DNA of 64,000 bases from a bacterium (GTDB taxonomy: Bacteria; Actinomycetota; Acidimicrobiia; Acidimicrobiales; Bin134): the NCBI GenBank assembly GCA_026708015.1, contig JAPOVT010000049.1:5274-69273 (forward strand). The letters are read 5' to 3'. The stretch's first letter is position 1; every line of letters starts with the position of its first letter. This document shows, piece by piece, positions 27,094-37,845 of this stretch. The translations under genes were made by a program, and so were the position numbers. The notes under the pieces were generated by a model. It was not told where the DNA came from, made no database searches, and saw only the letters and a list, made by a program, of their open reading frames with translations.

Positions 27094-28479
27094 ATGAGCG
27101 AGATGTCACCCGCCGAGGTCAGGGAGCGGATCGACCACCCAGTGGTGGACAGCGACGGCCACTATTGGGAGCACTGGCCCGACTTGGACCGTTATGTGCG
27201 AGACGAGGGCATCAGCGAGGGTTTGAACGCGCTGTGGGCCACGGGAACATTCGATGGGAGCCCCCACTGGGCCGGGGTGGTCCCTGAAGAACGCCCCCGA
27301 GTGCGGCCATTTCGCCAGACGTGGTGGGGCGTCCCGTTCGCCAACACCGACGACTTGGCCGCGGCCATGGCCCCATCGCTTATGTATCGCCGCCTCGACG
27401 AGCTGGGCTTGGACCTGGCCGTCTGCTATCCGACGTGGGGCCTGGTGGTTCCCAGCCAGCGCAACAATGAGATCCGCCGGGGGCTGTGCCGGGCCTGGAA
27501 TCGCTACACCGCCGACGTGTATGACGGCTTCGGCGACCGGCTGGTGCCGGTGGCCACCATTCCCACCGCGACCCCTCAAGAAGCGGTGGCCGAATTGGAC
27601 CACGCCGTGGTCGACTTGGGCTTCAAGGTGGTGATGCTGGGCGGCTTTGCGGTGCGAGATCTCGACAGCGGAGGCACCTGGATCGACTCGCTGGGCCTCG
27701 ACAGCGCCTACGACTACGACCCGCTTTGGCAGCGGCTAGTGGAGCTTGGCGTGGTGGCCGGCTTCCACTCCGGGTCGATGGGGTGGAGCGGTCGGCGCTC
27801 CATCACCAACTTCTCCTACAACCACATGGGCAACTTCGCCGGGGCCAGCGAGGCCACCCTCAAGTCGCTCCTGTTCGGCGGCGTGCTCCATCGATTTCCC
27901 GACCTGCGGCTCAACTTCTTGGAAGGGGGCACAACCTGGGCGGTGCAGTTGGTTCACGACATGATCGGCCACTACCACAAGCGCGGCCCTGAGGGTCTCC
28001 CCGCCTACGACCCCGACGCCTTCGAACCCGACCGCTTCGACAAGCTGCTGGCCGAGCACGCCGGACGGCTCAATCCCGAGCCCGGCTTCGGGTCCCAGTT
28101 CGCCGACTTCTTCCGCACTCCTGATGTGGTGAACGACTTCGAGGCCGCCGGGATCACCGGGCCCGACGATGTGATCCGCCAGATCTCGACCACCTGTTGG
28201 TTCGGGTGTGAGGCCGACGACCCCCTCACCCGGCTGGCCTTCGACCCGGAGCTCCCGGGGGGCGTACCCCTGAACGCTGTCTTCAGCTCCGATATCGCCC
28301 ACTGGGATGTCGCCAACATGGTCGACGTGATGCCTGAGGCCTATGAGCAGGTGGAGAACGGATGGCTCGACAAGGAGCAGTTCCGGGCCTTCATGTGCGA
28401 CAACGCAGTGCGGCTCTGCACCGGCGCCGACCCCGGCTTCTTCAAGGGCACGATCCTCGAGGACTACCAGCCGGGCTGA
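27094..28479 (+). CDS. amidohydrolase-family protein
   Basis: 461 aa. N-terminal [10 protein letters not shown] metal-binding-type motif. Amidohydrolase_2-like. Confidence 0.7.
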   Translation: MSEMSPAEVRERIDHPVVDSDGHYWEHWPDLDRYVRDEGISEGLNALWATGTFDGSPHWAGVVPEERPRVRPFRQTWWGVPFANTDDLAAAMAPSLMYRRLDELGLDLAVCYPTWGLVVPSQRNNEIRRGLCRAWNRYTADVYDGFGDRLVPVATIPTATPQEAVAELDHAVVDLGFKVVMLGGFAVRDLDSGGTWIDSLGLDSAYDYDPLWQRLVELGVVAGFHSGSMGWSGRRSITNFSYNHMGNFAGASEATLKSLLFGGVLHRFPDLRLNFLEGGTTWAVQLVHDMIGHYHKRGPEGLPAYDPDAFEPDRFDKLLAEHAGRLNPEPGFGSQFADFFRTPDVVNDFEAAGITGPDDVIRQISTTCWFGCEADDPLTRLAFDPELPGGVPLNAVFSSDIAHWDVANMVDVMPEAYEQVENGWLDKEQFRAFMCDNAVRLCTGADPGFFKGTILEDYQPG

Positions 28480-28553
28480 GCTCCACCCCGTCGAGGAAGA
28501 GCGGCGCCTCGCAGCAAGTGCCGTATTGTGTCGGCGGATCACTGGGAGGATTC

Positions 28554-30872
28554 ATGACCGATCAGCGCCAGCAGGAGCACTATCCGGGGTTTGAGGGCAC
28601 GGTAGGGAAGATCATGGCCACCTCCGAGTCCTGGTGGCCGCCCCGCCCGACTCCGCCGGCCGGCGCCCCCAACATCGTGGTCGTGCTGGCCGATGACCTG
28701 GGCTACTCCGATGTGAGCTGCTACGGCTCGGAGATCGCCACCCCGGCTATCGACGAATTGGCCGCCACCGGTGTCCGCTATACCAACTTCCATGTCACCC
28801 CGCTGTGCTCACCCACCCGGGCCGCGCTGTTGACTGGGCTCAACTCCCATCACGTTGGGGTGGGGTTCGTGGCCAACGCCGATCCCGGCTTTCCCGGCTA
28901 TGCCAGCGAGCTGCCCCACAACCAGAGCACGCTGGCTGAGATGCTCAAGGCCAGCGGCTACGCCACCATGGCGGTGGGCAAGTGGCACCTGTGCAAGGAA
29001 ACCGACTTGTCGATCGCCGGCGACACCCATTCGTGGCCGCTCCAGCGGGGCTTCGACCAGTTCTATGGATTCCTGGAGGCACTCACCAACTTCCATCACC
29101 CCCACCTGATGTACGAGGGCAACAGCCCTATCGACATCGCCGAATACCCCGAGGGGTACTACCTCACCGACGACCTCACCGACCGGGCCTGCCGCATGAT
29201 CCGCGAGGTCAAAGCCACCGACCCCCAAAAGCCGTTCTTCCTCTATTACGCCCATGGCGCAGTCCACGCCCCGTTGCACGCCAAGCCGGAGGACATTGCC
29301 CGCCACCGAGGTAACTACGACAGGGGTTGGGACCAGCTCCGAGAAGAGCGCCTGGCCCGCCAGATCGACCTCGGGGTGGTGCCACCGGGAACCGAGCTGC
29401 CCCCCCGGAACTTCGAGCCCGACGAGGACGTGGCCGCGTGGGACAGCTACCCGGAGGGTGAGCGCCGGGTGATGGCCCGCTACATGGAGGTGTACGCCGC
29501 CATGGTGGAGTCGATCGACGACAGCGTGGCCCGCATCCGGGCCGAGCTGGAGGCCATCGGCCAGCTCGACAACACCATCTTCGTGTTTACCAGCGACAAC
29601 GGGGCGTCCCGAGAGGGACGGGCCCAGGGAACCATCTCCTATTTCACCTACAGCAACCCCGGAGCGATGTCGTCGGCGGCAGTGGGCGACGAGGAGATGG
29701 ACGCTCTTGAGGCAATCGGCGGCCCCACCACCTGGCCCCATTACCCCCGGGGCTGGGCCATGGCCTGCAATACCCCCTTCCGGCTCTACAAGATCACCTC
29801 TTACCGGGGCGGCCACTCGGTGCCGTTCGTGCTGTCGTGGCCGGCCCGCACCGCGGCGGTGGGAGGGGAGCTGCGCCACCAGTACGCCCACATCATCGAC
29901 CTGCTGCCCACTCTGTCGGAGCTGGTGGGTGTGGGCATCCCCACCGAGCGCAACGGGCTGGCGTCGGAGAACCCCGACGGGGTGTCGTTCGCGGCCTCGC
30001 TGCACAATCCCGACGTCGCGTCCGAGCGCACTGAGCAGTACTACGAGTGCATCGGCCACCGGGCCTACTACCGGGACGGCTGGGCCGCGGCCGCGTTCCA
30101 CGAGTTCATGACCCCGTTCAGCACCGACCGGTGGGAGCTGTTCAATCTGGCCGAGGACATCAACGAACGCATCGACTTGGCTGAGGCCGAGCCCGAGAAG
30201 CTGGCCGAGCTGGTGGAGGCCTGGGAGGAGGCCGCCTGGCGCAACCGGGTGTACCCCCTCGACGAGGGCACCGGCCTGTACCGCCTGCTCCGTCCCGCTG
30301 AGCACGAGCTGCTTACCCGGTCGCTCACGATTTTGCCCGGAACCCCCACCGTGGAGCGCTACCGGGCCTCCCGGGTCATCTCGGGGGGCAACTTCACCGT
30401 CACCGTCGAGCTCGACCACCGTCCCGGCGACCAGGGCGTGCTGGTGTCCCACGGCGGACAGGCGTCGGGCTACGTGCTGTACATCGAGGACGGAGCTCTG
30501 CACTTCGAGGTGAACAGCGGCGGCCAGCCCATGGTGTTCGAACCCATGGCGCTGCCGGGGAAGTGCCGGCAGATCGTTCTGGACGTAAGGGCCCCCGGCG
30601 GCCGTATCTGGAACATAACGGTGAGCACCGACGGCCGTACCGGGATAACCGCCACAGACATCCCCCAGATCTACGGCTTCATCCCCTGGGAGGGCATAGA
30701 CGTGGGTGTCGACCGCCGATCCCCGGTGTCATGGCGGCTCCACCAGCGCCACGGTTCCTTCCCCTACACCGGCACCATCCACCAAGTGACCTACGTCCCC
30801 GGCCCCCCCGCCCCCGACACCGAAGAAGTCCGCCTCGCCGAACTCCGCGAAATCGGAATGGGCTTGGAATAG
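28554..30872 (+). CDS. arylsulfatase (AtsA-like, formylglycine-dependent)
   Basis: Start [13 protein letters not shown] after GGGAGGA. Sulfatase signature [12 protein letters not shown] ~250-aa C-terminal beta-rich extension. Confidence 0.9.
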   Translation: MTDQRQQEHYPGFEGTVGKIMATSESWWPPRPTPPAGAPNIVVVLADDLGYSDVSCYGSEIATPAIDELAATGVRYTNFHVTPLCSPTRAALLTGLNSHHVGVGFVANADPGFPGYASELPHNQSTLAEMLKASGYATMAVGKWHLCKETDLSIAGDTHSWPLQRGFDQFYGFLEALTNFHHPHLMYEGNSPIDIAEYPEGYYLTDDLTDRACRMIREVKATDPQKPFFLYYAHGAVHAPLHAKPEDIARHRGNYDRGWDQLREERLARQIDLGVVPPGTELPPRNFEPDEDVAAWDSYPEGERRVMARYMEVYAAMVESIDDSVARIRAELEAIGQLDNTIFVFTSDNGASREGRAQGTISYFTYSNPGAMSSAAVGDEEMDALEAIGGPTTWPHYPRGWAMACNTPFRLYKITSYRGGHSVPFVLSWPARTAAVGGELRHQYAHIIDLLPTLSELVGVGIPTERNGLASENPDGVSFAASLHNPDVASERTEQYYECIGHRAYYRDGWAAAAFHEFMTPFSTDRWELFNLAEDINERIDLAEAEPEKLAELVEAWEEAAWRNRVYPLDEGTGLYRLLRPAEHELLTRSLTILPGTPTVERYRASRVISGGNFTVTVELDHRPGDQGVLVSHGGQASGYVLYIEDGALHFEVNSGGQPMVFEPMALPGKCRQIVLDVRAPGGRIWNITVSTDGRTGITATDIPQIYGFIPWEGIDVGVDRRSPVSWRLHQRHGSFPYTGTIHQVTYVPGPPAPDTEEVRLAELREIGMGLE

Positions 30873-30903
30873 CACTAACCTCCCAGCCGACTCAGGAGGA
30901 CAG

Positions 30904-33228
30904 ATGACTGATCATCGCCAGCAGGAGCACTATCCCGGGTTCGGGGGCAAGATCGGAAAGATCATCTCCACCTCGGAGTCGTGGTGGCCGCCCCGCCCCA
31001 CGCCCGCTCCCGAGGCCCCCAACATCGTAATCGTGCTGGCCGACGACCTGGGCTATTCCGATCTGGGCTGCTACGGCTCGGAGATCGCCACTCCGGCCAT
31101 CGACGCACTGGCCGACAGAGGAGTCCGCTACACCAACTTCCACGTGACCCCGCTGTGCTCGCCCACCCGCGCCGCCCTGTTGACCGGGCTCAACGCCCAC
31201 GCCGCCGGCATGGGCTTCACCGCCAACACCGACCCCGGCTTTCCCGGCTACGCCAGCGAGCTGCCTCGCAACCAGTCGTCTTTGGCCGAGATTTTGAGCG
31301 CCCACGGCTACGCCACCATGGCGGTGGGCAAGTGGCACCTGTGTCGGGAGGCCGACTTGTCGATTGCCGGCGACACCCATTCGTGGCCGCTCCAGCGGGG
31401 CTTCGACCAGTTCTACGGGTTCTTGGAGGCCCTCACCGATTTCCACTTCCCCCACCAACTATTCGAGGGCAACAACCCCGTCCATATCGACCAGTATCCC
31501 GAGGGCTACTACCTCACCGACGACCTCACCGACCGGGCCTGCCGCATGATCCGCGAGGTCAAGACCACCGACCCCGACAAGCCGCTCTTCTTGTACTACG
31601 CCCACGGGGCGGTCCACGCCCCGCTGCACGCCAAGGCCGAGGACATCGCCCGCCATCGGGGCAACTACGACAAGGGCTGGGATCAATTGAGAGAAGAGCG
31701 GCTCGCCCGCCAGAAGGAACTGGGCGTGGTTCCCTCCGATGCCGAGCTGCCGCCCCGCAACCCCGAGCCCAACGAGGAGGTGCGGGCCTGGGACAGCTAC
31801 GCCGAGCCCGACCGCAGGGTCATGGCCCGCTATATGGAGGTGTACGCCGCCATGGTGGAGTCCGTAGACGAGAGCGTGGCCCGCATTAGCGCTGAGCTCG
31901 AGGCCCTGGGCCAGCTCGACAACACCATCTTCATCTTCACCAGCGACAACGGTGCATCCCGCGAGGGGCGGGCCCAGGGAAGCACCTCGTACTTCTCCCA
32001 CAGCGGAACCGGCGCCAAGCCTTCTCCCGACGTGAGTGAGTTCGAGATAGAGGCCCTTGAGGCCGACGAGATCGGTGGTCCCACCACTTGGCCCCACTAT
32101 CCCCGGGGTTGGGCCATGGCCTGCAATACCCCCTTTCGGCTCTACAAGATCACCGCACACCGGGGCGGCCACTCGGTGCCGTTCGTGGTCTCGTGGCCCG
32201 CCCGCCTCTCGGGGATCGGCGGAGAGCTGCGCCACCAGTACACCCATATCACCGACCTGCTGCCCACCCTGGCCGAGATGCTCGACCTTGAGGTGCCCAC
32301 CCAGCGCAACGGGCAGGACTCAGCCGATCTCAACGGGGTGTCGTTTGCTGACTCGCTGGACGATCCCGATGCACCCTCTGACCACACCGAGCAGTACATC
32401 GAGTGCATCGGCCACCGGGGCTTCTACCGGGACGGCTGGTCGACGGCGGTGTTCCACGAGTTCCAGACTCCGTTCAGCGCCGACCGCTGGGAGCTGTTCA
32501 ACCTCGAAGAGGACTTCAACGAGCGGTTCGACCTGGCCGATGCCGAGCCCGAAAAGCTGGCCGAGATGGTTGAAGGCTGGGAGGAGGCAGCGTGGCGCAA
32601 CCAGGTCTTTCCCCTCGACGACCACGCCGGGCTGTTCCGAATCGTCAAGCCGCCCGAACACGAGAAGCTCACCCGGGTGCTTCGGATTCTGCCTGGTTCG
32701 CCCACCGTGGAGCGGGTTCGGTCAGCCCGCATCATTGCCAACGGCAACTTCACCATCACCGTCGACCTGCACCACAGCCCTGACGACCAAGGCGTTTTGG
32801 TGGCCCATGGCAGCCAGGCCGCGGGCTATGTGCTCTACATCGAAGACAACGCCCTGCACTTTGAGGTGAACAGCGGGGGCCACTATCTGATCGCCGACCC
32901 CATGGACCTGCCGGGGGAGTGCCGACAGATCGAAGCAGACGTGCAAGCCCCCGGCGGCCGCATCTGGAATGTCACGGTGAGCGCCGACGGGAAGGAGGGG
33001 ATGACCCTCACAGACATCCCCCAGATGTTCGGATTCCTGCCCTGGCAGGGCATCGACGCCGGCATCAACCGCCGATCCCCAGTGTCATGGCAGCTCTACC
33101 AGCGCCACGGCGCCTTCCCCTACACCGGCACCCTCCACCATGTCACCTACACCCCCGGCCCCCCCGCCCCCGACACCGACGAAGTCCGCCTCGCCGAATA
33201 CCGCGAAATCGGCATGGCCCTGGAGTAG
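30904..33228 (+). CDS. arylsulfatase, tandem paralog of the preceding gene
   Basis: 774 aa, collinear with 28554-30872 along its whole length. Signature [11 protein letters not shown]. Confidence 0.9.
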   Translation: MTDHRQQEHYPGFGGKIGKIISTSESWWPPRPTPAPEAPNIVIVLADDLGYSDLGCYGSEIATPAIDALADRGVRYTNFHVTPLCSPTRAALLTGLNAHAAGMGFTANTDPGFPGYASELPRNQSSLAEILSAHGYATMAVGKWHLCREADLSIAGDTHSWPLQRGFDQFYGFLEALTDFHFPHQLFEGNNPVHIDQYPEGYYLTDDLTDRACRMIREVKTTDPDKPLFLYYAHGAVHAPLHAKAEDIARHRGNYDKGWDQLREERLARQKELGVVPSDAELPPRNPEPNEEVRAWDSYAEPDRRVMARYMEVYAAMVESVDESVARISAELEALGQLDNTIFIFTSDNGASREGRAQGSTSYFSHSGTGAKPSPDVSEFEIEALEADEIGGPTTWPHYPRGWAMACNTPFRLYKITAHRGGHSVPFVVSWPARLSGIGGELRHQYTHITDLLPTLAEMLDLEVPTQRNGQDSADLNGVSFADSLDDPDAPSDHTEQYIECIGHRGFYRDGWSTAVFHEFQTPFSADRWELFNLEEDFNERFDLADAEPEKLAEMVEGWEEAAWRNQVFPLDDHAGLFRIVKPPEHEKLTRVLRILPGSPTVERVRSARIIANGNFTITVDLHHSPDDQGVLVAHGSQAAGYVLYIEDNALHFEVNSGGHYLIADPMDLPGECRQIEADVQAPGGRIWNVTVSADGKEGMTLTDIPQMFGFLPWQGIDAGINRRSPVSWQLYQRHGAFPYTGTLHHVTYTPGPPAPDTDEVRLAEYREIGMALE

Positions 33229-34713
33229 CTAACCGCCGTACTTTGCCGCCTCCAGCTCACGCAGCAGTTCAAATCGCTCCCGCAGTTCACCGCGCCGAGT
33301 GCGGTCGTTGGCCAGGTTCACTAGTTCGTGGGGATCGTCGTCGTGGTCGTACCACTCGTGATCGTGGTCGTCGAAGTCGGCATCGGGGCCGAACAGCATT
33401 GAGTCGCCCAGCGACACGCCGAGGTTGCTCACCCCGCCGCCGATGCCGTAGTAGCGGCAGTACTTGTGGCGGCCGTCGAACACGCCGGAGGAGGCGTACC
33501 GCACCTTCTCCACCCCCAAGTACCACGGCCACCGCTGGGCGAACAGGATGTGGTCGCGGACCTGTGCCGACTGGTCGCCGAACAGGGGGGTGAGGTTTTC
33601 ACCAGGCAGATCGGAGGCGTCCACACCGGCCAACTCCAGGATGGTGGCGGCCAGGTCGGTGTGACAGGTGAGCGACTCGGTGGCGGTGCCCGCAGCAGTC
33701 AGACTCGGCGCCGAGAGATAAAGCGGGATCCGCATGGTCTCCTCGTAATTCCACGGTCCCTTGGACCGCAGCCCGTGCGAGCCGCATTGATCGCCGTGGT
33801 CGGAGGTGAACACCACCACGGTGTTATCCCACTGGCCAATGTCGTCTAAGGCGTCGAGAACCACTCCGAGGCACTGGTCGCTGAGCTGGTGGAGCTTCAC
33901 GTAGTAGTCGAGCTGGCGCAGCCACAGGTCGCGGTCGCCGGGGTCCATCGGCCCCGGGGTGCTGTTGCGCTCCATCTCCAGCAGCCACCGGCGGTGTACC
34001 TCGGGCTTGGTATGCAGGTCGTCGTCGAAGTTCTCGGGCAGCTCGGTACACCAGCGCTCGATCTCGGGGGCGAAGGCCGGCAGGTTGGTGGCCCGGCCCC
34101 ACTTGCGCCGGTCCAGCTTCTCCCGGCTCTGGGCCACGTAGTCGGGCTCCTGCTCCCAGAACCAGGGCTGGTCGAGCGGGAACCACATGATGTCGTGGGG
34201 ATTCACCAAGCCCACGGTCAAAAACCACGGCTGGGTGGTGTCGCGCTGGTCGCGGAGCCAGGCAGCCGAGTCGGCGGCGATGGGCTCGTCGAACTCGGTG
34301 CCGCTGCCCGGCAACCCCCAAAAGGCCATGTCGTTGCCGGTCCAATCAGAGAAGCCGTAGGCCTCCATGTCGGGTTCGGCCGCAGCCTCGAGGTGCCATT
34401 TGCCCTTGTAGGCGGTGCGGTAGCCGGCTTCCCGCAGCCGATGGCCCAGGGTGGGGATGCCGGTGGAGAGCTGGGTGTTGTTGGGGTAGCTGGAGTTCTC
34501 GGCCACCCCGTGCTGGTCCATGTGCAACCCGGTGAACAGCGTGGCCCGCGACGGCGAGCACGGCGACGTGTGGGTGTAGTGGCGACGGAACTCCAGTGAC
34601 TGGTCCAGCAAGCGCTGGCGGGCGGGCAGCGGCACATCTGGTGGCAGCCAATCCCGCTGGCGTTCCTGGTCGGATACCAACAGCAGAATGTTGGGCGGTT
34701 TGCTCTCGGACAC
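33229..34713 (-). CDS. sulfatase-family protein (third, shorter type)
   Basis: 494 aa with signature CSPSRATLFTG. Confidence 0.85.
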   Translation of the reverse strand: MSESKPPNILLLVSDQERQRDWLPPDVPLPARQRLLDQSLEFRRHYTHTSPCSPSRATLFTGLHMDQHGVAENSSYPNNTQLSTGIPTLGHRLREAGYRTAYKGKWHLEAAAEPDMEAYGFSDWTGNDMAFWGLPGSGTEFDEPIAADSAAWLRDQRDTTQPWFLTVGLVNPHDIMWFPLDQPWFWEQEPDYVAQSREKLDRRKWGRATNLPAFAPEIERWCTELPENFDDDLHTKPEVHRRWLLEMERNSTPGPMDPGDRDLWLRQLDYYVKLHQLSDQCLGVVLDALDDIGQWDNTVVVFTSDHGDQCGSHGLRSKGPWNYEETMRIPLYLSAPSLTAAGTATESLTCHTDLAATILELAGVDASDLPGENLTPLFGDQSAQVRDHILFAQRWPWYLGVEKVRYASSGVFDGRHKYCRYYGIGGGVSNLGVSLGDSMLFGPDADFDDHDHEWYDHDDDPHELVNLANDRTRRGELRERFELLRELEAAKYGG

Positions 34714-34821
34714 TGCCGGGAGCGTAGCGGCGATTAGTTCTCTATTTCTTGCGCCTCCTAATTATTAGTGCTGAACTATCGCCCTGAACGGCGTCTATTC
34801 GCGCGGACCCGAGGGGGATCA

Positions 34822-36987
34822 ATGAAAGCACGTTCTTGGCTGTATTCACTTTTCGCCATATTGCTGGCGTTTTCGCTTGTTGCCACGGCATGCGGCAATG
34901 ACGATGACGACCCGGGGGCGGGTGATACCCCGTCGGCTCCTTCGGGCGACTCCGATGACGGAGCCGCGGACGATGCTGGCGACGACATGGCCGACGACTC
35001 CGGCGACGGAGCCGCGGACGATGCTGGCGACGACATGGCCGACGACTCCGGCGATGGAGCCGCGGACGATGCTGGCGATGGCCCGGCGGAAGACGCCGTC
35101 GTCATGGAGGAAATCGGGCCACCTGAGGACACGGTGGTCACCATCTGCGATGCGCCTTCATTCACGCAGATATACGCCAAGGTGATGGCCAACCGGGGCT
35201 TTGCCGAAAACCGGGGCTTCGAGATCGACTTCGTGGCCTGCCACTCCGGTCCGGCGCAGGCCGCAGCGTTGGTATCCGGCCAGGTTGATATCGCGCTGAA
35301 CACCCCCGACAACATGCTGGGTATCCGCAACGCCGACTTCGACGTGGTGATGTTTGCTCAGGCCGTCGACAACCACTTCTTCGACATCGTGGTGTCCAAC
35401 AACTTCGGTGAGATCGACTGCCCGCAGGGCGACTGGGAGTGCGCCATGGCGGCTCTGAACGGCACCCGGGTGGGTGTGGTGGCCCGGGGTGCCGCCGCCG
35501 AGCAGATCGCCCGGCAACTCTTGGACTCCGCCGGATTCGACCCCGACGACACCACCTACATCGCCACCGGCCTGGCCGGTACCACGCTGGCCGCGCTTGA
35601 TTCCGATGAGGTGGACTGGGCCATCACCTTTGAGCCCGGTTTGAGCCGAGCCGAACTCGATGACATCGGCTACGCCCCATTCCGGCTGCGGGCCGGCGAT
35701 GGGCCGACCGAACTGGACTGGCCCTCTGCGGTAATCATCACCGCCCGCTCATACTGGGATGCCAATCCCAACACCGTGTTGAATTACCGAGCGGCGATAC
35801 TCGAATCCATGGAGTGGTTGCGCGATCCGGCCAACCGCGACGCGGTCTTGGAGGAACTGGACGCTCACTTGGGTCTCGAGCCAGCCGTCGCCGAGTACAT
35901 CTTCGACCGGAACATCGGCTCGATGACGGTGACCGCCGAACTCGATCCGGTCCGGATCCAGAACAACGTGAACTACGCCGTGGGCCGGGGCATACTCAAA
36001 GAAGCCCAGGAATTCGGCGAATTCGCAGTGGGCCCAGGCATCGACGTGATCTTGCCGGCAGCGCTGGTGCCCGAGACGACAACCGTCAACATCTGTCAGG
36101 CGCCCTCGTTCAACGGCATGATCGCCCATATCGCGGTTGAGGAGGGATTCCTCTCCGACCGCGGAGTCACCGGCGAATTCGTCCAGTGCCACTCCGGCCC
36201 GGCCAATGCCGCCGCGCTGATTGCCGGTGAGGTCCAGTTCGTGGGCAATACGCCCGACAACATGCTTGGCATCCGCAACGCCGGCTTCGACGTGGTGATG
36301 TTCCAGCAGTTGGTGGATAAGCACTTCTTCGACATCGTGGTGTCCAACAACTTCGGGCCGATCGATTGCGAACAGGGCGACTGGCAGTGCGCCATGCAGG
36401 AGCTTGAGGGCACCAACGTCGGCGTGGTGGCCCGCGGCGCGGCGGCCGAACAGATCGCCCGTCAGCTGGTCGACTCCGCCGGTCTTGATCCCGACGGTGC
36501 CACTTACATCGCTACCGGCTTGTCGGGCACCACATTGGCCGCTCTGTCGTCCGGCGAGGTGGACTGGGCCATCACGTTTGAGCCCGGTTTGAGCCAAGCC
36601 GCGGTCGACGACATCGGATATGCCCCGTTCGCCCTGCGAGCCGGGGAAGGTCCGACCGAGCTCGACTGGCCGTCGTTGGTCAACACCACTTCCCGGCAGT
36701 TCGCCGAGGAGAACCCCAACACGGTGGCCATTTTCGCCAGGGCATCCCGCCAAGCCATGGACTTCATGCGCAATCCGGCCAACCGTGAAGCGGTCTTGGC
36801 GTACATGCGAGACTTCCTCAGCTTGGAAGGCGCAGTGGCCGAGACCGTCCTCAATTCCAACATCGGGAGCTTGTCGCTCAACGGTGCTCTCCAGCCTGCC
36901 CGTCTCCAGAACAACGTGGATTACGCCGTGGGCCGGGGCATCCTCGAAGAGGCTCAAGACTTCGACGAATTCACGGTTTCTCCATAG
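34822..36987 (+). CDS. lipoprotein made of two fused SsuA/NMT1-type ABC substrate-binding domains
   Basis: Lipobox LVATAC, an acidic repeat linker, then two ~300-aa halves (about 35134-36040 and 36076-36984) that align residue for residue. Confidence 0.8.
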   Translation: MKARSWLYSLFAILLAFSLVATACGNDDDDPGAGDTPSAPSGDSDDGAADDAGDDMADDSGDGAADDAGDDMADDSGDGAADDAGDGPAEDAVVMEEIGPPEDTVVTICDAPSFTQIYAKVMANRGFAENRGFEIDFVACHSGPAQAAALVSGQVDIALNTPDNMLGIRNADFDVVMFAQAVDNHFFDIVVSNNFGEIDCPQGDWECAMAALNGTRVGVVARGAAAEQIARQLLDSAGFDPDDTTYIATGLAGTTLAALDSDEVDWAITFEPGLSRAELDDIGYAPFRLRAGDGPTELDWPSAVIITARSYWDANPNTVLNYRAAILESMEWLRDPANRDAVLEELDAHLGLEPAVAEYIFDRNIGSMTVTAELDPVRIQNNVNYAVGRGILKEAQEFGEFAVGPGIDVILPAALVPETTTVNICQAPSFNGMIAHIAVEEGFLSDRGVTGEFVQCHSGPANAAALIAGEVQFVGNTPDNMLGIRNAGFDVVMFQQLVDKHFFDIVVSNNFGPIDCEQGDWQCAMQELEGTNVGVVARGAAAEQIARQLVDSAGLDPDGATYIATGLSGTTLAALSSGEVDWAITFEPGLSQAAVDDIGYAPFALRAGEGPTELDWPSLVNTTSRQFAEENPNTVAIFARASRQAMDFMRNPANREAVLAYMRDFLSLEGAVAETVLNSNIGSLSLNGALQPARLQNNVDYAVGRGILEEAQDFDEFTVSP
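34957..35080 (+). repeat. 48-bp tandem repeat, about 2.6 copies (encodes DGAADDAGDDMADDSG)
   Basis: 34957-35004 and 35005-35052 are identical. A partial third copy has two substitutions. Confidence 0.9.
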
Positions 36988-37068
36988 CAAACCCCTCTTC
37001 TGGTTGGGCGGCCTGTGATCAGGCCGTCCGACCGGAGGGGCTGACTAAGGTGTCTGAATGGTGGCGTT

Positions 37069-37845
37069 GTGAATCCAGCGGTCGAGCTTAAGGGCGTCAC
37101 CCTCATCTTCGGGGGCGACCACCCCAAAGACGAGCCGGTGCTCGCCGTCCAAGACATCGATCTCGCCATTCCCGCCGGCCAGTTCGTGGCTGTGGTCGGC
37201 CCGAGTGGCTGCGGCAAGACCACCATCTTGAACATGCTGGCTGGGATCATCGGCGCCACCCGGGGATCGGTGATGCGCCACGGCGAAGAAATCGACGGGC
37301 CGAGCGACGACATCGGCTACATGCTGGCTCGCTCGGGGTTGAGCCCGTGGCGCACCGCTCGCCGCAACGTCGAGCTCGGACTGGAGTTCCGGGGGGTACC
37401 ACGAGGAGACCGGCGTGAGCGGGCCATGGAGCTGCTGGTCAAGTTGCGCTTGGAGGGCTTCGCCGACTCGTTCCCATCCCAGCTCAGCCAGGGCATGCGC
37501 CAGCGAGTGGCCATCGCCCGCACGCTGGCCATAGACCCCGACTTGTGGCTCATGGACGAGCCCTTCGGCGCCCTCGACGCCCAGACCCGCCTCACCGTGC
37601 AGGCCGAGTTCCTGGACCTCTGGTACGAGACCCACAAGACCGTCATCTTCGTGACCCACGACCTGGAAGAGGCCGTGCTGTTGGCCGACCGAGTGGTGGT
37701 TATGACCGCTCGTCCCGGCCGCATCAAGTCGGACACCATCGTCGATCTGGCTCGGCCCCGGGTGATCGACGAGCTTCGCTTCGACCCGGTGTTCCGGGAG
37801 ACCGAGCACAAGATTTGGGAGGAGTTGCGCGGTGAGATCGTCTGA
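37069..37845 (+). CDS. ABC transporter ATP-binding protein (nitrate/sulfonate/taurine type)
   Basis: Walker A GPSGCGKTT, signature LSQGMRQR, Walker B LWLMDEP. Confidence 0.9.
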   Translation: MNPAVELKGVTLIFGGDHPKDEPVLAVQDIDLAIPAGQFVAVVGPSGCGKTTILNMLAGIIGATRGSVMRHGEEIDGPSDDIGYMLARSGLSPWRTARRNVELGLEFRGVPRGDRRERAMELLVKLRLEGFADSFPSQLSQGMRQRVAIARTLAIDPDLWLMDEPFGALDAQTRLTVQAEFLDLWYETHKTVIFVTHDLEEAVLLADRVVVMTARPGRIKSDTIVDLARPRVIDELRFDPVFRETEHKIWEELRGEIV

